A DNA stretch of 64,000 nt from a virus. Below are positions 9,030 to 19,496 of the stretch, piece after piece (the first letter of the stretch is position 1; every line of letters begins with the position of its first letter). The stretch covers positions 54,418-118,417 of the IMG/VR virus record IMGVR_UViG_3300021963_007890; one strand, 5' to 3'. The position numbers and the translations under genes were made by a program. Below the pieces are notes generated by a model. That model was not told the origin of the DNA. It searched no databases and saw only the letters and a program-made list of their open reading frames with translations.

Positions 9030-11048
9030 ATGCCAGTTGTTGAAATAGCGAAAATTCAGGTTCGCAGAGGACAAGAAAACCAATCTGGGACTCCTGTTTT
9101 GGATAGTGGGGAATTTGGATGGGCTTCAGATACTGAAAAACTTTATATCGGGCTCCGTAGGGTAGATGGTGGATCGAGAGACGCCAATGTAAGAATTCTG
9201 ACAGAAAATGATCTAAGAAACTTTTTTCAATCATCAGTAATCGCTAATCTTAATACAACTACTTTATATACATTTAAAGTTGGCACTTTTATTGCAACCA
9301 GTAATACTACACATATTCCTCCCACTGGCCCACAGGTTGTTAGAAGTATTCAAGGTAAATTAGATGATATTGTTAGTATCAAAGATTTTGGGGCTATCGG
9401 TGATGGTATAAATGATGACCATATGGCTTTTCAAACTGCCATAGATAATCTCTACCTTTATGATAGATGGAAAAACACTTTAAGCCTTGCTACAGGCACA
9501 GAGAAAACACTATTTTTACCAAAAGGTTCTTATTTAATCAGTCAAACTTTGTATATACCTTCTAAAGTTAGAATTCAAGGTGAAGGAATAGAAAATACCA
9601 AAATAGTGCTGATAAGCACAGGATCTCACTTTTTTCAAACTATTGACGGTAACAGCACAGACAATAATAGAATACATTTCGATAATACTGGTAACTTTTC
9701 TACAAGTGGTCCTATGGGAAGTCCTGCTCCTGATTTTATCAGCCTCGAAAAACTGTCTTTAGTTCATCAATCTAGTACAGCGACAGGGTTGAGTTTTATC
9801 AGCATGGATGTTTCAGATTGTTCTATTATTAGAGATGTAAAATTTCAAGGCGCTTACACAGGGACATTTGCAGTAACTACTAATACTTATGTAGGAATAG
9901 ATTTAAGAGGTTACGGTGCTGCTACTACCCAAAATCTAATGATTGAAAATTGTCATTTCGACGGCCTATACGCAGGTATTAAAAGTAATTATAATGTACA
10001 AGATATAACTATAGATTCTTGTAGTTTTGTAGTTTGTGATAGAGGAATTTCATTTTTAGAGTCTATAGCAGGAAATGGACCGAAAAATGTCAAAATTACC
10101 AATAGCTCATTTGACAGAATTAGACGAGAGGCGATCTATGTAGGGGCTAACAGTAACCAAACAAATTGTCATATTTTAAGCCAAAATAATAGTTTTGTTC
10201 AGGTTGGAAATTATTTACCAGCTGGTGGAGAGGAGAACACCAATACAGGAACCAGCATAATCTATTTCACGCAAAAAGGTGGTATTAGTCAAAATGATTA
10301 TTTTGCTAGATATGAATCAATGGCTGCTAATATAGATGCGAATACAGGAACTTTTTTTCCATTAATAGGTGGTCAAGGGATTTTAGATTTTACTTATCAT
10401 CAAAGATTGCCGGTTATTGCCCGTGCGACAGCCACAGTGTGGGTAGTTCCTATAACTGGAGATTTTCAAAATATTGATGTAAAATACTCCTTGATCGGCG
10501 CTACTATTGATAGGATTGGGGATTTTAAAATAAATATATCGTCTGGTTCTAACCCAAATTTTGGTGTAACAGATAACTTTATCTACGATAATGGCTTATT
10601 AGTAGATAATATTCCATTTGATTTAAATTCTAACAGGAAATTTTTAAGAATACCGCTATATAATCTACCTCCTCCGGGTGTGAACGCTGCTTTTACTATA
10701 CAAAATTCTCCATATCCGGCCTGGACAGGTTCTACTGTTACGGGAACCTATACTAACCTAACGCTAGTAAGTCCAGGAGTAGATTTTATAGTAGGAGATC
10801 AAATAATATTACCTGGTGTAAGTTTTACTACAGGCACTTTTTTAGCTACAACACCTGTTAATAATGTATACGTTACTATTACTGGTGTCGATGGAGTTGG
10901 AGGCATAAACGCTTTTACTTTTATCGGTACAGCCACTAATATAATTAATACAGCTACCTTCTCATTTGCTGGCTTAAGTTCGATTAGAGTAGGTGGCCCG
11001 GGACAAACTGTTGAGTTTCTAAGCCAAACTAAAATTTTATATTCATGA
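9030..11048 (+). CDS. Virion/tail protein with Mtd_N-like N-terminus and pectate-lyase-like beta-helix
   Basis: KIQVRRG...LDSGEFGWASDT..LYIG; VSIKDFGAIGDGINDD; LFLPKGSYLIS. Confidence 0.8.
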   Translation: MPVVEIAKIQVRRGQENQSGTPVLDSGEFGWASDTEKLYIGLRRVDGGSRDANVRILTENDLRNFFQSSVIANLNTTTLYTFKVGTFIATSNTTHIPPTGPQVVRSIQGKLDDIVSIKDFGAIGDGINDDHMAFQTAIDNLYLYDRWKNTLSLATGTEKTLFLPKGSYLISQTLYIPSKVRIQGEGIENTKIVLISTGSHFFQTIDGNSTDNNRIHFDNTGNFSTSGPMGSPAPDFISLEKLSLVHQSSTATGLSFISMDVSDCSIIRDVKFQGAYTGTFAVTTNTYVGIDLRGYGAATTQNLMIENCHFDGLYAGIKSNYNVQDITIDSCSFVVCDRGISFLESIAGNGPKNVKITNSSFDRIRREAIYVGANSNQTNCHILSQNNSFVQVGNYLPAGGEENTNTGTSIIYFTQKGGISQNDYFARYESMAANIDANTGTFFPLIGGQGILDFTYHQRLPVIARATATVWVVPITGDFQNIDVKYSLIGATIDRIGDFKINISSGSNPNFGVTDNFIYDNGLLVDNIPFDLNSNRKFLRIPLYNLPPPGVNAAFTIQNSPYPAWTGSTVTGTYTNLTLVSPGVDFIVGDQIILPGVSFTTGTFLATTPVNNVYVTITGVDGVGGINAFTFIGTATNIINTATFSFAGLSSIRVGGPGQTVEFLSQTKILYS

Positions 11049-11482
11049 TTTTTAAGTCCAGTCTAGAAGATAGACTAGAATCTTGGAAAACTCTTAGGCG
11101 AAAGGCCAATAATTCTCAATATCCGCTTCAAGATATTTGGGACTATTGGCATTTGGCACCATTTAGTCCTTTAAACCATAATATTAATCCCTATCACAAG
11201 GAAAAATGGCCTTGTCCGTGGCAAATTATAGCTGATAATATCTATGATGACTTTACCAAAGCTCTTATGATAGCATATACTATTAAATTATTAGAAAGAT
11301 ATAATGATTCGAGTGTCAAACTCAAAATATTACTAGACAAACATAAAAAAATTGAATACAATCTTGTATTCGTAGATGATATCTCGGTACTAAACTATAG
11401 TGATAATGGCCCGATAAATGCTGATAATTTGCCCGATTCATTTATCCTACAAAATACAATAGAAGTTGAATGTCCTAGGTAA
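11045..11482 (+). CDS. Hypothetical phage protein
   Basis: 145 aa, ATGA-coupled to the previous gene. Confidence 0.7.
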   Translation: MIFKSSLEDRLESWKTLRRKANNSQYPLQDIWDYWHLAPFSPLNHNINPYHKEKWPCPWQIIADNIYDDFTKALMIAYTIKLLERYNDSSVKLKILLDKHKKIEYNLVFVDDISVLNYSDNGPINADNLPDSFILQNTIEVECPR

Positions 11483-11514
11483 ATATCTCATCCAAACAAA
11501 AGAGGTGAAGTCCT

Positions 11515-13824
11515 ATGATCACAGTGGTCAAAAGGAACGGGGATCGTGTTCCCCTAGACATTAGTAAGATACAGAGACAGGTGCTAAATTCTTGCAGGGG
11601 TATAGATGGAGTAAGCCCAAGCATGATTGAAATAAAAGCACAAATAGAAATACACGACGGGATGAAAACCCAAACTATAGACGAATTATTGCTCAAAGCA
11701 ATGGTCGATTTAATAGATGAAACAGAAAACCCTGAAATAAACAACATTAATTATCAATATGTAGCAGGTAGACAAAGAGTTAGTATGCTTCGTAAAGAAG
11801 TCTACGGCCAATATACTCCAGATAAACTCTATGATATTATTAAAAAAAATATAGAATTGGGATTATATACACCAGACTTGCTTACCTGGTATTCAGCTGA
11901 TGAATGGAATACTATAGAATTATTCATAGATCATGATAAAGATTTAAATTATACCTATGCGGCCATTGCCCAGCTTTGTGAAAAGTATTTGGTACAAAAT
12001 AGAACAACAGGCAAAATTTATGAAACCCCACAGGTTAGATACGCTGTGGCTGCGGCGACTGCTTTTCATTCTGAACCTCGAGATAAAAGATTAAAGTATG
12101 TAAAGGACTACTATGAGTGCGCTTCAGATGGCCATTTCACTCTTGCCACCCCTGTGCTTGCTGGGCTTGGCACTACTACTAAACAGTTCAGCAGTTGCGT
12201 TCTTATCAGCAGTGATGATACCCTTGATAGCATATTCGCTGCTGGTGAAATGATGGCCAAATATGCCAGTAAACGTGCTGGCATCGGTTTAGAGATTGGT
12301 CGTATTCGTCCATTGGGTTCACCTATTCGTAATGGCGAGATCAAGCACACAGGAATGGTACCTTTCCTTAAGAAGTGGTTCTCAGACCTGCGTAGTTGTA
12401 GTCAAGGGGGAATACGTAACGCAAGTTGCACAGTGACTTTTCCAATTTGGCATTATCAATTTGAAGATCTTATTGTATTAAAAAATAATCAGGGTACAGA
12501 AGAAACTCGTGTGCGCCAAATGGACTATTCAGTTGTAGTAAACTCTTTATTTTGGAATAGGTTTAAAAACAAAGAAAATATAACCTTATTTGATCCCCAT
12601 GAGGTACCTGATCTATACGAAGCCTACTACAGAGATAGCAAAGAATTTGAAAGACTATATCTACGCTATGAGCAAGATAAGACAAAAAAGAAAAAAATAT
12701 TATCCGCGGATGAGATATTCAAAAATGGAATACTTAAGGAGCGAACTGACACTGGCAGAATATACCTGGTCAATATTGACAATGTCATCCAACAAGGTCC
12801 CTTTGATACAAGCACTGATCCGATTTATCAATCAAATTTATGCCAGGAGATACTTTTACCCACGAAGCCTTTCCAAAGAATTGAAGATCCTGAAGGACGA
12901 ATTGCTCTTTGCACTCTTGGATCCATCAACTGGGGTGCCTTTCGCAATCCGCAGGATATGCGAAAAGCCTGTAGAGTATTGGTTCGATCACTAAGCAACC
13001 TACTCAACTATCAAGACTTCCTAAGCATACAGAGTAAGCTGGCTAATGAGGATTTCGAACCATTGGGTGTAGGTATTACCAATCTGGCGTATTGGCACGC
13101 TAGGCGTGGAATGAAATATGGAGAGACTGATAGTCTTGCCGAAGTTAAGCGTTGGGTAGAACACCAGGCTTTTTATCTCACTGAGACCAGTGTTGAGCTT
13201 GCCGAAGAAAGAGGTTCCTGTAAGCGTAGTCAATATACTTGGTATGGACGTGGAGTGTTTCCTTGGGAAAGGAGAAGTAAAAATGTTGACGAACTTACAG
13301 ATTTCAAGCCCTCGTTAGATTGGGAGATTCTTAGGGCTAAAATGAAAAAGCATGGCATTAGAAATGGTACTTTAATGGCAGTAGCCCCAGTTGAATCAAG
13401 TTCTGTTGTATTGAACAGTACCAATGGCATCGAAATGCCTATGGAACTTATTAGTGTAAAAGAATCTAAGGCAGGCAGTTTTGTTCAGGTAGTTCCTGAA
13501 TATAAGCGCCTTAAAAATAGATATGAACTTATGTGGGAACAAAAAGACTGTATAGGATATCTTAAAACAGCAGCAGTGCTAGCAGCCTATATAGATCAAA
13601 GTCTAAGCACTAATACATTTTATAATCCAGGAAACTATCGCGGAGGAAAAATTCCAGGAACATTGATCGCTAGGAACTTAATGTTAGCCTATAAATGGGG
13701 TATCAAAACAGTATATTATAGTTTAATCAACAAGGTAGGAGCTAAGTCAGAAATTACAACAGCCACTCAAATACAAAAAGTGGTAGTTGAAGATATAGAA
13801 AATTGTGAGGCATGCGTTTTATGA
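11515..13824 (+). CDS. nrdA: Ribonucleotide reductase class Ia alpha subunit with ATP cone
   Basis: VVKRNG ATP cone, QFSSC, QSNLCQEI, ALCTLGS, YY and C-terminal CEACVL. Confidence 0.97.
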   Translation: MITVVKRNGDRVPLDISKIQRQVLNSCRGIDGVSPSMIEIKAQIEIHDGMKTQTIDELLLKAMVDLIDETENPEINNINYQYVAGRQRVSMLRKEVYGQYTPDKLYDIIKKNIELGLYTPDLLTWYSADEWNTIELFIDHDKDLNYTYAAIAQLCEKYLVQNRTTGKIYETPQVRYAVAAATAFHSEPRDKRLKYVKDYYECASDGHFTLATPVLAGLGTTTKQFSSCVLISSDDTLDSIFAAGEMMAKYASKRAGIGLEIGRIRPLGSPIRNGEIKHTGMVPFLKKWFSDLRSCSQGGIRNASCTVTFPIWHYQFEDLIVLKNNQGTEETRVRQMDYSVVVNSLFWNRFKNKENITLFDPHEVPDLYEAYYRDSKEFERLYLRYEQDKTKKKKILSADEIFKNGILKERTDTGRIYLVNIDNVIQQGPFDTSTDPIYQSNLCQEILLPTKPFQRIEDPEGRIALCTLGSINWGAFRNPQDMRKACRVLVRSLSNLLNYQDFLSIQSKLANEDFEPLGVGITNLAYWHARRGMKYGETDSLAEVKRWVEHQAFYLTETSVELAEERGSCKRSQYTWYGRGVFPWERRSKNVDELTDFKPSLDWEILRAKMKKHGIRNGTLMAVAPVESSSVVLNSTNGIEMPMELISVKESKAGSFVQVVPEYKRLKNRYELMWEQKDCIGYLKTAAVLAAYIDQSLSTNTFYNPGNYRGGKIPGTLIARNLMLAYKWGIKTVYYSLINKVGAKSEITTATQIQKVVVEDIENCEACVL

Positions 13825-14051
13825 GTGATGATCTAGAAGCCAAAAGAATAGAAATTACAACTCTATTGGCATACTATGGGCTACGTAGCTATGTTGAAAT
13901 TGAGGATGAAGCAGTACCGATGATTCTTACTACACTTAAGAGTGATGAAGTTATAAGAGTAAGAATTGATGAGGAAGGAGGACTGGTTATTGACCTCGAT
14001 GACACAGTTACATACAAACAGGAAAAACCAAATGAGCCAAGAACAATATAA
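13821..14051 (+). CDS. Small acidic hypothetical protein between nrdA and nrdB
   Basis: ATGA overlap with the nrdA stop; also overlaps the nrdB start. Confidence 0.6.
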   Translation: MSDDLEAKRIEITTLLAYYGLRSYVEIEDEAVPMILTTLKSDEVIRVRIDEEGGLVIDLDDTVTYKQEKPNEPRTI

Positions 14052-15135
14052 TTTAAAAAAACAGACTAATTATCTTAAACGTAAAATGTTTTTAGATCCT
14101 GAAGGTCCCGTTACCGTACAAAGATTCGAAGAAGTCAAATATCCTAAAATACAAAGATTTGAAGAGCTGGCTCGGGGGTTCTTCTGGGTGCCGGAAGAGA
14201 TAAGTTTGACAAAGGATAAAATTGATCACAAGGAAGCTAGTGACGCTGTACGTCATATTTTTACCAGCAATCTTTTAAGACAAACTGCGCTTGATAGTAT
14301 ACAGGGTAGAGCCCCATCGCAAATATTCAGTCCTGTGATCAGCATACCCGAATTAGAAGCATTGGTTAGTAATTGGAGTTTTTTCGAAACAAATATCCAC
14401 AGTAAGAGTTATAGTCATATTATACGTAATGTCTATGGTGTGCCAAAAGAGGAATTTAATAAGATTCACGACACACAAGAAATCGTCAATATGGCATCTA
14501 CTGTAGGAGAGTACTATGATCGCTTACATAAACTGAATAGCCATAAAGAAACGAAACCTGAGTCAGTAAGTGAAAAGGAACACATTAAATCTATTTGGTT
14601 AGCACTAAATGCCAGTTACGCCTTAGAAGCCCTACGATTTATGGTAAGTTTTGCCACAAGTTTAGCCATGGTAGAAAATCGTATTTTTATAGGTAATGGC
14701 AATATTATAAGTTTAATCCTACAAGACGAGTTGCTTCATGCTGAATGGACTGCTTTTCTTATTAATCAAGTGGTCAAAGAAGATCAAAGATTTGCCAATA
14801 TAGTTGACGAATGTCGTAGTGAAGTATATAACATGTATATGGACGTTATAGAGGAAGAAAAATCTTGGGCAGACTATCTGTTTAAAAAGGGAGTGGTCAT
14901 AGGACTCAATGCTCAGATTCTCAAGGATTTTGTAGACTATACAGCCTATTCAAGACTGAAGGATATCGGTATCAAATATCAAGCCGACCATCCTAAAAAT
15001 AATCCAATTCCTTGGTTTAACAAACACGTTCATATCAACAAAAAACAAACAGCATTACAAGAAAACGAATCTACAAACTATGTTATAGGAGTAATGAGTG
15101 ACATAGTTGAGTACGATGATCTGCCCGCACTATAA
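14032..15135 (+). CDS. nrdB: Ribonucleotide reductase class Ia beta subunit
   Basis: FFWVPEEI, ETNIHSKSY, EALRF, DELLH and QENE..NY. Confidence 0.97.
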   Translation: MSQEQYNLKKQTNYLKRKMFLDPEGPVTVQRFEEVKYPKIQRFEELARGFFWVPEEISLTKDKIDHKEASDAVRHIFTSNLLRQTALDSIQGRAPSQIFSPVISIPELEALVSNWSFFETNIHSKSYSHIIRNVYGVPKEEFNKIHDTQEIVNMASTVGEYYDRLHKLNSHKETKPESVSEKEHIKSIWLALNASYALEALRFMVSFATSLAMVENRIFIGNGNIISLILQDELLHAEWTAFLINQVVKEDQRFANIVDECRSEVYNMYMDVIEEEKSWADYLFKKGVVIGLNAQILKDFVDYTAYSRLKDIGIKYQADHPKNNPIPWFNKHVHINKKQTALQENESTNYVIGVMSDIVEYDDLPAL

Positions 15136-15146
15136 GGAGAATAATA

Positions 15147-15383
15147 ATGAAGGCAATAATATGGAGCAAATACCACTGTAGTTATTGTGATCAGGCGATA
15201 ACGTTATTGAAACAACGTGGTATTGAATTTGAAGAACGTAAAATAGGTGACGGGTGGTCAAAAGAGGAATTACTAGAAGTAGTTCCTACAGCTAGAACAG
15301 TTCCGCAAATCTTCATCGATGATAAACACATCGGTGGCTACACAGAATTAAGGCAATATCTAGCAGAGGCAGCAAATGGATAA
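15147..15383 (+). CDS. grx: Glutaredoxin
   Basis: CSYC, RTVPQIFI and IGGY. Confidence 0.93.
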   Translation: MKAIIWSKYHCSYCDQAITLLKQRGIEFEERKIGDGWSKEELLEVVPTARTVPQIFIDDKHIGGYTELRQYLAEAANG

Positions 15384-15861
15384 AGATGAAGAACAGTTCA
15401 TAATTTCAGCAAGTGATGATATGTCATCTCCAGTTATATCTGCACTAAGCTCTGAACAGATTAAGCCATTGGATCTTTCAGACCTAAACTTAGACACTAT
15501 CACCATAGATACATCTTTGAACAATTATGGGTCTGGTCTAACAGGAGCAGGACAATATGCGGCTGCTGGTAATTATGTCCTTAGCACTAACGGAACTGGT
15601 CCTGGTTGGAGTCCTCTTAGTTGGCCTTCAATCACGAGTAGTGTATCTACGATCGACAACACACTTTCAGTTAAGGGTGATGCAGAATTTGGAGGTGATG
15701 TGAAAATTCAAGGACATAGTATCCTACATCTGTTGAAAAAAATTGAGGATAGATTAGCGGTGCTTCAAGAACCAGATCCGGAAAAGCTAGAAAAGTTTGC
15801 TGCTTTGAAAAAGGCCTACGAACATTACAAGACTTTAGAACGACTTATAGGTGATGAATAA
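15376..15861 (+). CDS. Hypothetical phage protein
   Basis: 161 aa; low-complexity N-half and helical C-terminus. Confidence 0.7.
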   Translation: MDKDEEQFIISASDDMSSPVISALSSEQIKPLDLSDLNLDTITIDTSLNNYGSGLTGAGQYAAAGNYVLSTNGTGPGWSPLSWPSITSSVSTIDNTLSVKGDAEFGGDVKIQGHSILHLLKKIEDRLAVLQEPDPEKLEKFAALKKAYEHYKTLERLIGDE

Positions 15862-16151
15862 TGCTAGTAAACAAAGGTTTTAGTTCAGGTGATATTGTCA
15901 GTATTAAACTGATTAACGGTGATGAGATTCTTGCTAGATTTGAATCAGAAACCAATGAAGATGTAACAATAACAAGACCTTTGGTATTGACTATGAACCA
16001 TACGGACGGATTAGGTATGATGCCTTGGATAATTTTAAGTGCCAAAGAATTAATCACCATTGACAAACGTAAGTTTTTTGTTATGGTTCCTTGTAAGCCA
16101 GATGCTGCTAAACAGTACATGGAAGGCACGACAGGGATAGCTTTAGGATAA
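15861..16151 (+). CDS. Sm-like fold phage protein
   Basis: IKLINGDEILA...PW...Y pattern typical of T4-like Sm-fold proteins. Confidence 0.6.
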   Translation: MLVNKGFSSGDIVSIKLINGDEILARFESETNEDVTITRPLVLTMNHTDGLGMMPWIILSAKELITIDKRKFFVMVPCKPDAAKQYMEGTTGIALG

Positions 16152-16155
16152 TCTT

Positions 16156-17043
16156 ATGCCATATGTAAGGGGTGCAACTGCTCACGGAGTTGTTCACGTA
16201 GCGGACGTTTATAACAGCGGTAATGTATTTGCCAATGGGACACAGATAGCATTGTGGAACGCTCCTGGTAATTCAGAAAGTTTTGTATTAGCAGCAATCA
16301 ATAGTCCTTCTTTCAATACGGAACAAGTGCTCTTCGAAATAGATGGTGAAGAGGATGAAGCTATCGTTGAGGCAAAACAGCAAGAGCTTGTTAAAAAAGG
16401 TGTTATTACCCAATATGAATTAGACAAGGGTAAAGGGGCGGGCGCAAATCCAGCTAATACCAATACTGCTCCCTCGGCTGCTGGTCCAGGCGACACAACA
16501 GGGACAGCAACCTTGGCTTCTGAGGTAGATGAAACTTTACTTTATGACGGTACCGCCACTTCGGGCGTAAAATGGTATGTCAAGACTGTAACTAAGCAGC
16601 CATTTGTAATCTTCCCCTATGATGTTGCTACAGTTGCCCCTCAGAACGGTACAACTGTTCAGGCTGTATGTGATAATTTGAGATTACTTGTCAAGAATTG
16701 TATAGACCCAATCAAAGCAAAATATAAAGATATGTTTTTAACCTGTACATTTAGAAAAGCAGGTGTAGGTGCTACAACTAGCCAACATCCAAAAGGTATG
16801 GCCTGTGATATACAATATAGCAGTGCATCAAAAGCAGATTATTATACAAGAGCTCTATGGATTAAAGATAATATTCCATTTGATCAATTTATTTTAGAAT
16901 ACAAAACAACAGGTACAGGTAACCCGTGGCACCATTTAAGTTTTGCTGCTGCAGGAAATAGACAACAGGTGCTTACATTTATGAATGACAAAAACTGTAA
17001 AGGGCCTGGAGTTACAGGACTGTATGATTTAAGCAACAGTTGA
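16156..17043 (+). CDS. Peptidase M15A-family endopeptidase (virion-associated or lytic)
   Basis: CTFR...SQHPKGMACDI, FDQFILEY and WHHLSF Zn motifs. Confidence 0.8.
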   Translation: MPYVRGATAHGVVHVADVYNSGNVFANGTQIALWNAPGNSESFVLAAINSPSFNTEQVLFEIDGEEDEAIVEAKQQELVKKGVITQYELDKGKGAGANPANTNTAPSAAGPGDTTGTATLASEVDETLLYDGTATSGVKWYVKTVTKQPFVIFPYDVATVAPQNGTTVQAVCDNLRLLVKNCIDPIKAKYKDMFLTCTFRKAGVGATTSQHPKGMACDIQYSSASKADYYTRALWIKDNIPFDQFILEYKTTGTGNPWHHLSFAAAGNRQQVLTFMNDKNCKGPGVTGLYDLSNS

Positions 17044-17068
17044 CCATTTCATTTATATGTCATATAAT
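17040..17068 (+). promoter_or_regulatory. Sigma70-type promoter
   Basis: TTGACC-17 nt-TATAAT. Confidence 0.8.
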
Positions 17069-17099
17069 ACGTGAACTAAACAACTTATTGGAGAATAAC

Positions 17100-17249
17100 G
17101 TGTACAAATATGCCCTTTGGATCAGAATTAATGCTTATCAAACTGCTAACACCTTTATCTTCGCTAATAACGACTATGAAGCCAAAATGCTTGCTGAAGC
17201 CCAATACGGTCAAGGAAATGTACTGAATTATAGTCGTGTAAGCGAATAA
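17100..17249 (+). CDS. Small hypothetical protein (GTG start, MYKYALW...)
   Basis: GGAG RBS before the GTG at 17100. Confidence 0.7.
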   Translation: MYKYALWIRINAYQTANTFIFANNDYEAKMLAEAQYGQGNVLNYSRVSE

Positions 17250-17320
17250 TTCTAGATCACCACCAGTACATATCGGCTGGTGAATTTTATTAGCTATTTT
17301 TATCGCAGGAATGTTTCAAT

Positions 17321-17713
17321 ATGTCAATGCACCTAGAAGGCCCTTGGTTATCAACTACTGGTAAGCGTAAAGGTAAATTCAAATATACTTCTGCCGAAGC
17401 CAAACGCCGTCAACAAGAGCTTGAAAATGATTGGAAAAATCTCAAGTCTAAATATCAAATTGAAGCAGATGAACGTAAAAAACAACATGGTCTAACTGCT
17501 AAAAAATTGGTGTATAACCTAGCACCGCCTCCTGGTCGCTCTACCACAGCCAATATCAAAAGTTTAGACAGTGGATTAGGTAATGCTACTAAAAAAGATG
17601 CACCAGTGTACACAGGAGATAAAATAGTCGGTATTGGTACTATGCACAAAAGCAACGCTGTTCCAATTTTTTCTGACGCACAGGCCAAAGAAATTTCTAG
17701 TATGCGCAGATAA
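17321..17713 (+). CDS. Basic hypothetical phage protein
   Basis: C-terminal YTGDKIVGIGTMHKSNAVPIF...ISSMRR motif, familiar from T4-like phages. Confidence 0.75.
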   Translation: MSMHLEGPWLSTTGKRKGKFKYTSAEAKRRQQELENDWKNLKSKYQIEADERKKQHGLTAKKLVYNLAPPPGRSTTANIKSLDSGLGNATKKDAPVYTGDKIVGIGTMHKSNAVPIFSDAQAKEISSMRR

Positions 17714-17743
17714 TTACCCCGTTTTGGGCTAATAAATATCTCT

Positions 17744-18814
17744 ATGAGTAAATTCAATGAGATACTATTAGCCTACTTGGCCTTGTTAAGCGGACTGGCA
17801 ATTTCTGCTGTCGCAGTTTATTATTCGGTTGTTGGATTAACTGCCATTTTTGCTGCCGCGGCTATCCCCATTATCATTATGGGTGTGGCTTTGGAAATAG
17901 GTAAACTAGTTGCTACAGTTTGGCTAAAGCAAAATTGGTCTATATGTCCTAAATCTGTTAAAATATACTTAATTTCTGCTATCATATTATTGATGGTCAT
18001 TACCAGTATGGGCATATTTGGATTTTTGTCTAAAGCCCATAGTGACCAAAGCCTAGTGGGTGGACAAGTTCTAAGTCAGTTAGCCATATATGATGAAAAA
18101 ATTAAAACTACCAAAGAGAGTATTGAAACCAAGCGCCGCGAACTTAAACAAATGGACGATGCAGTGGATCAAGTTATGGCACGATCGCAGGACGAAAAAG
18201 GTGCGGATAAATCCATTGCTCTACGTAAAAGTCAACAAAGGGATCGCACTCGTATTTCCCAAGAAATTGAAACCGAACAGAAAAGACTTAGTGAACTTAC
18301 TAACGAGGCCGCACCAATACGTGCGCAGGTTAGGCAAGTTGAGGCTGAGGTAGGGCCTCTTAAGTACATAGCGGCCTTCTTCTATGGTGAAACTGATCAA
18401 ACAGTTTTAGAAAAGTCAGTTGTTTGGGTTATAATTATTTTGATCGTGGTATTTGATCCGTTGGCTATAATTCTTCTTTTAGCCAGCCAAATAAGTTTTC
18501 AAAATTTAAGAGACATTAAAGATACACCTATAATTGAACAGACTCCTATTGAAACCAAATCAAAAACAGATGAACCCGTCATACCGATAAGTACACTGAC
18601 TAATACGGTTATTTTCGAAAACTCGGAATCAGTTGATCCCTGGACTCAAGAACAAATTGATTTGAAAAGAACAAAATTGAATGTGAAAGAATATAGAGGT
18701 GGCAGTGTTTTAGTTGACTATTATGCTAATATGATCACCACCAAACAATTAAAATTACATCAGGTTCCTGAACAACTGGTAAAAGAAGTCAAAGCGAGAT
18801 TAAATGAAAAATAA
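17744..18814 (+). CDS. Multi-TM membrane protein with central coiled coil
   Basis: Three N-terminal TMs, a coiled coil, VGPLKYIA, and a further TM with FDPLAI. Confidence 0.75.
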   Translation: MSKFNEILLAYLALLSGLAISAVAVYYSVVGLTAIFAAAAIPIIIMGVALEIGKLVATVWLKQNWSICPKSVKIYLISAIILLMVITSMGIFGFLSKAHSDQSLVGGQVLSQLAIYDEKIKTTKESIETKRRELKQMDDAVDQVMARSQDEKGADKSIALRKSQQRDRTRISQEIETEQKRLSELTNEAAPIRAQVRQVEAEVGPLKYIAAFFYGETDQTVLEKSVVWVIIILIVVFDPLAIILLLASQISFQNLRDIKDTPIIEQTPIETKSKTDEPVIPISTLTNTVIFENSESVDPWTQEQIDLKRTKLNVKEYRGGSVLVDYYANMITTKQLKLHQVPEQLVKEVKARLNEK

Positions 18815-19211
18815 AATCACACTAATAACTCCCCCTGACAAATTTGAAAACGCAAACTTTAATCTTACATTGATAAATTTAAATCAAAGTCAACAAGAAT
18901 CTGTTACCAATTGGTTAGAGCAAGTAGAGATAGAAAAAGATATGAATATATACTATTTCGGACCAAACGATGACGCTCAATGGTTGTTATATGCTGTAAA
19001 TCAATCACATCTTACCTACTGTAATATAGATAATCAATGCCAAACAATGTCTGTACTACTATCTTGGATTGTTGCCAAGAATAAAGTTTATTTCAATAGT
19101 GAAAACGAAAAGACTTCAACAATATTATCTAATATTACTCATAATAGAGTACCGGATATTAGCTTTTTTTTAGATCATTGCCTTTTTGATAAATTAAAGT
19201 TTTACGAATAA
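18804..19211 (+). CDS. Hypothetical phage protein
   Basis: 135 aa, starting ITLITPPD. Confidence 0.7.
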   Translation: MKNKITLITPPDKFENANFNLTLINLNQSQQESVTNWLEQVEIEKDMNIYYFGPNDDAQWLLYAVNQSHLTYCNIDNQCQTMSVLLSWIVAKNKVYFNSENEKTSTILSNITHNRVPDISFFLDHCLFDKLKFYE

Positions 19212-19232
19212 ATATTTTTTTGATTTGATAAA

Positions 19233-19466
19233 ATGGCTAAAAAACAACAAATTACTGGCAATAAAATAATCTGCGGTGATATACCGCTGAACACAGCACT
19301 AAAAAAGTTTAAACAAAAAGTTGAGGATTCTGGAATTTTAGAAGAAGTAAAAAACCGTATGTTTTACGAAAAACCAACTAGTGTAAAAAAACGTAAAAAA
19401 GGTGCTGCTCGTGCTCGATGGTTGAAAAAATTAAAAAGTCAAGAATTACCAAAGAAAAATTATTGA
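19233..19466 (+). CDS. rpsU: Ribosomal protein bS21
   Basis: ALKKFKQKV..SGILEEVKNRMFYEKPTSVKKRKK matches the bS21 signature. Confidence 0.9.
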   Translation: MAKKQQITGNKIICGDIPLNTALKKFKQKVEDSGILEEVKNRMFYEKPTSVKKRKKGAARARWLKKLKSQELPKKNY

Positions 19467-19491
19467 CTTTAGCTAATTCCTAGTGTACAAT
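19463..19491 (+). promoter_or_regulatory. Sigma70-type promoter
   Basis: TTGACT-17 nt-TACAAT. Confidence 0.75.
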
Positions 19492-19496
19492 ACACT

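Noticed and set aside
9030-11048. Diversity-generating retroelement suggested by the Mtd_N-like domain
   Set aside because: No reverse transcriptase and no template/variable repeat pair in the window.
11515-15135. Intron or intein in nrdA or nrdB
   Set aside because: Both have normal length and continuous motifs.
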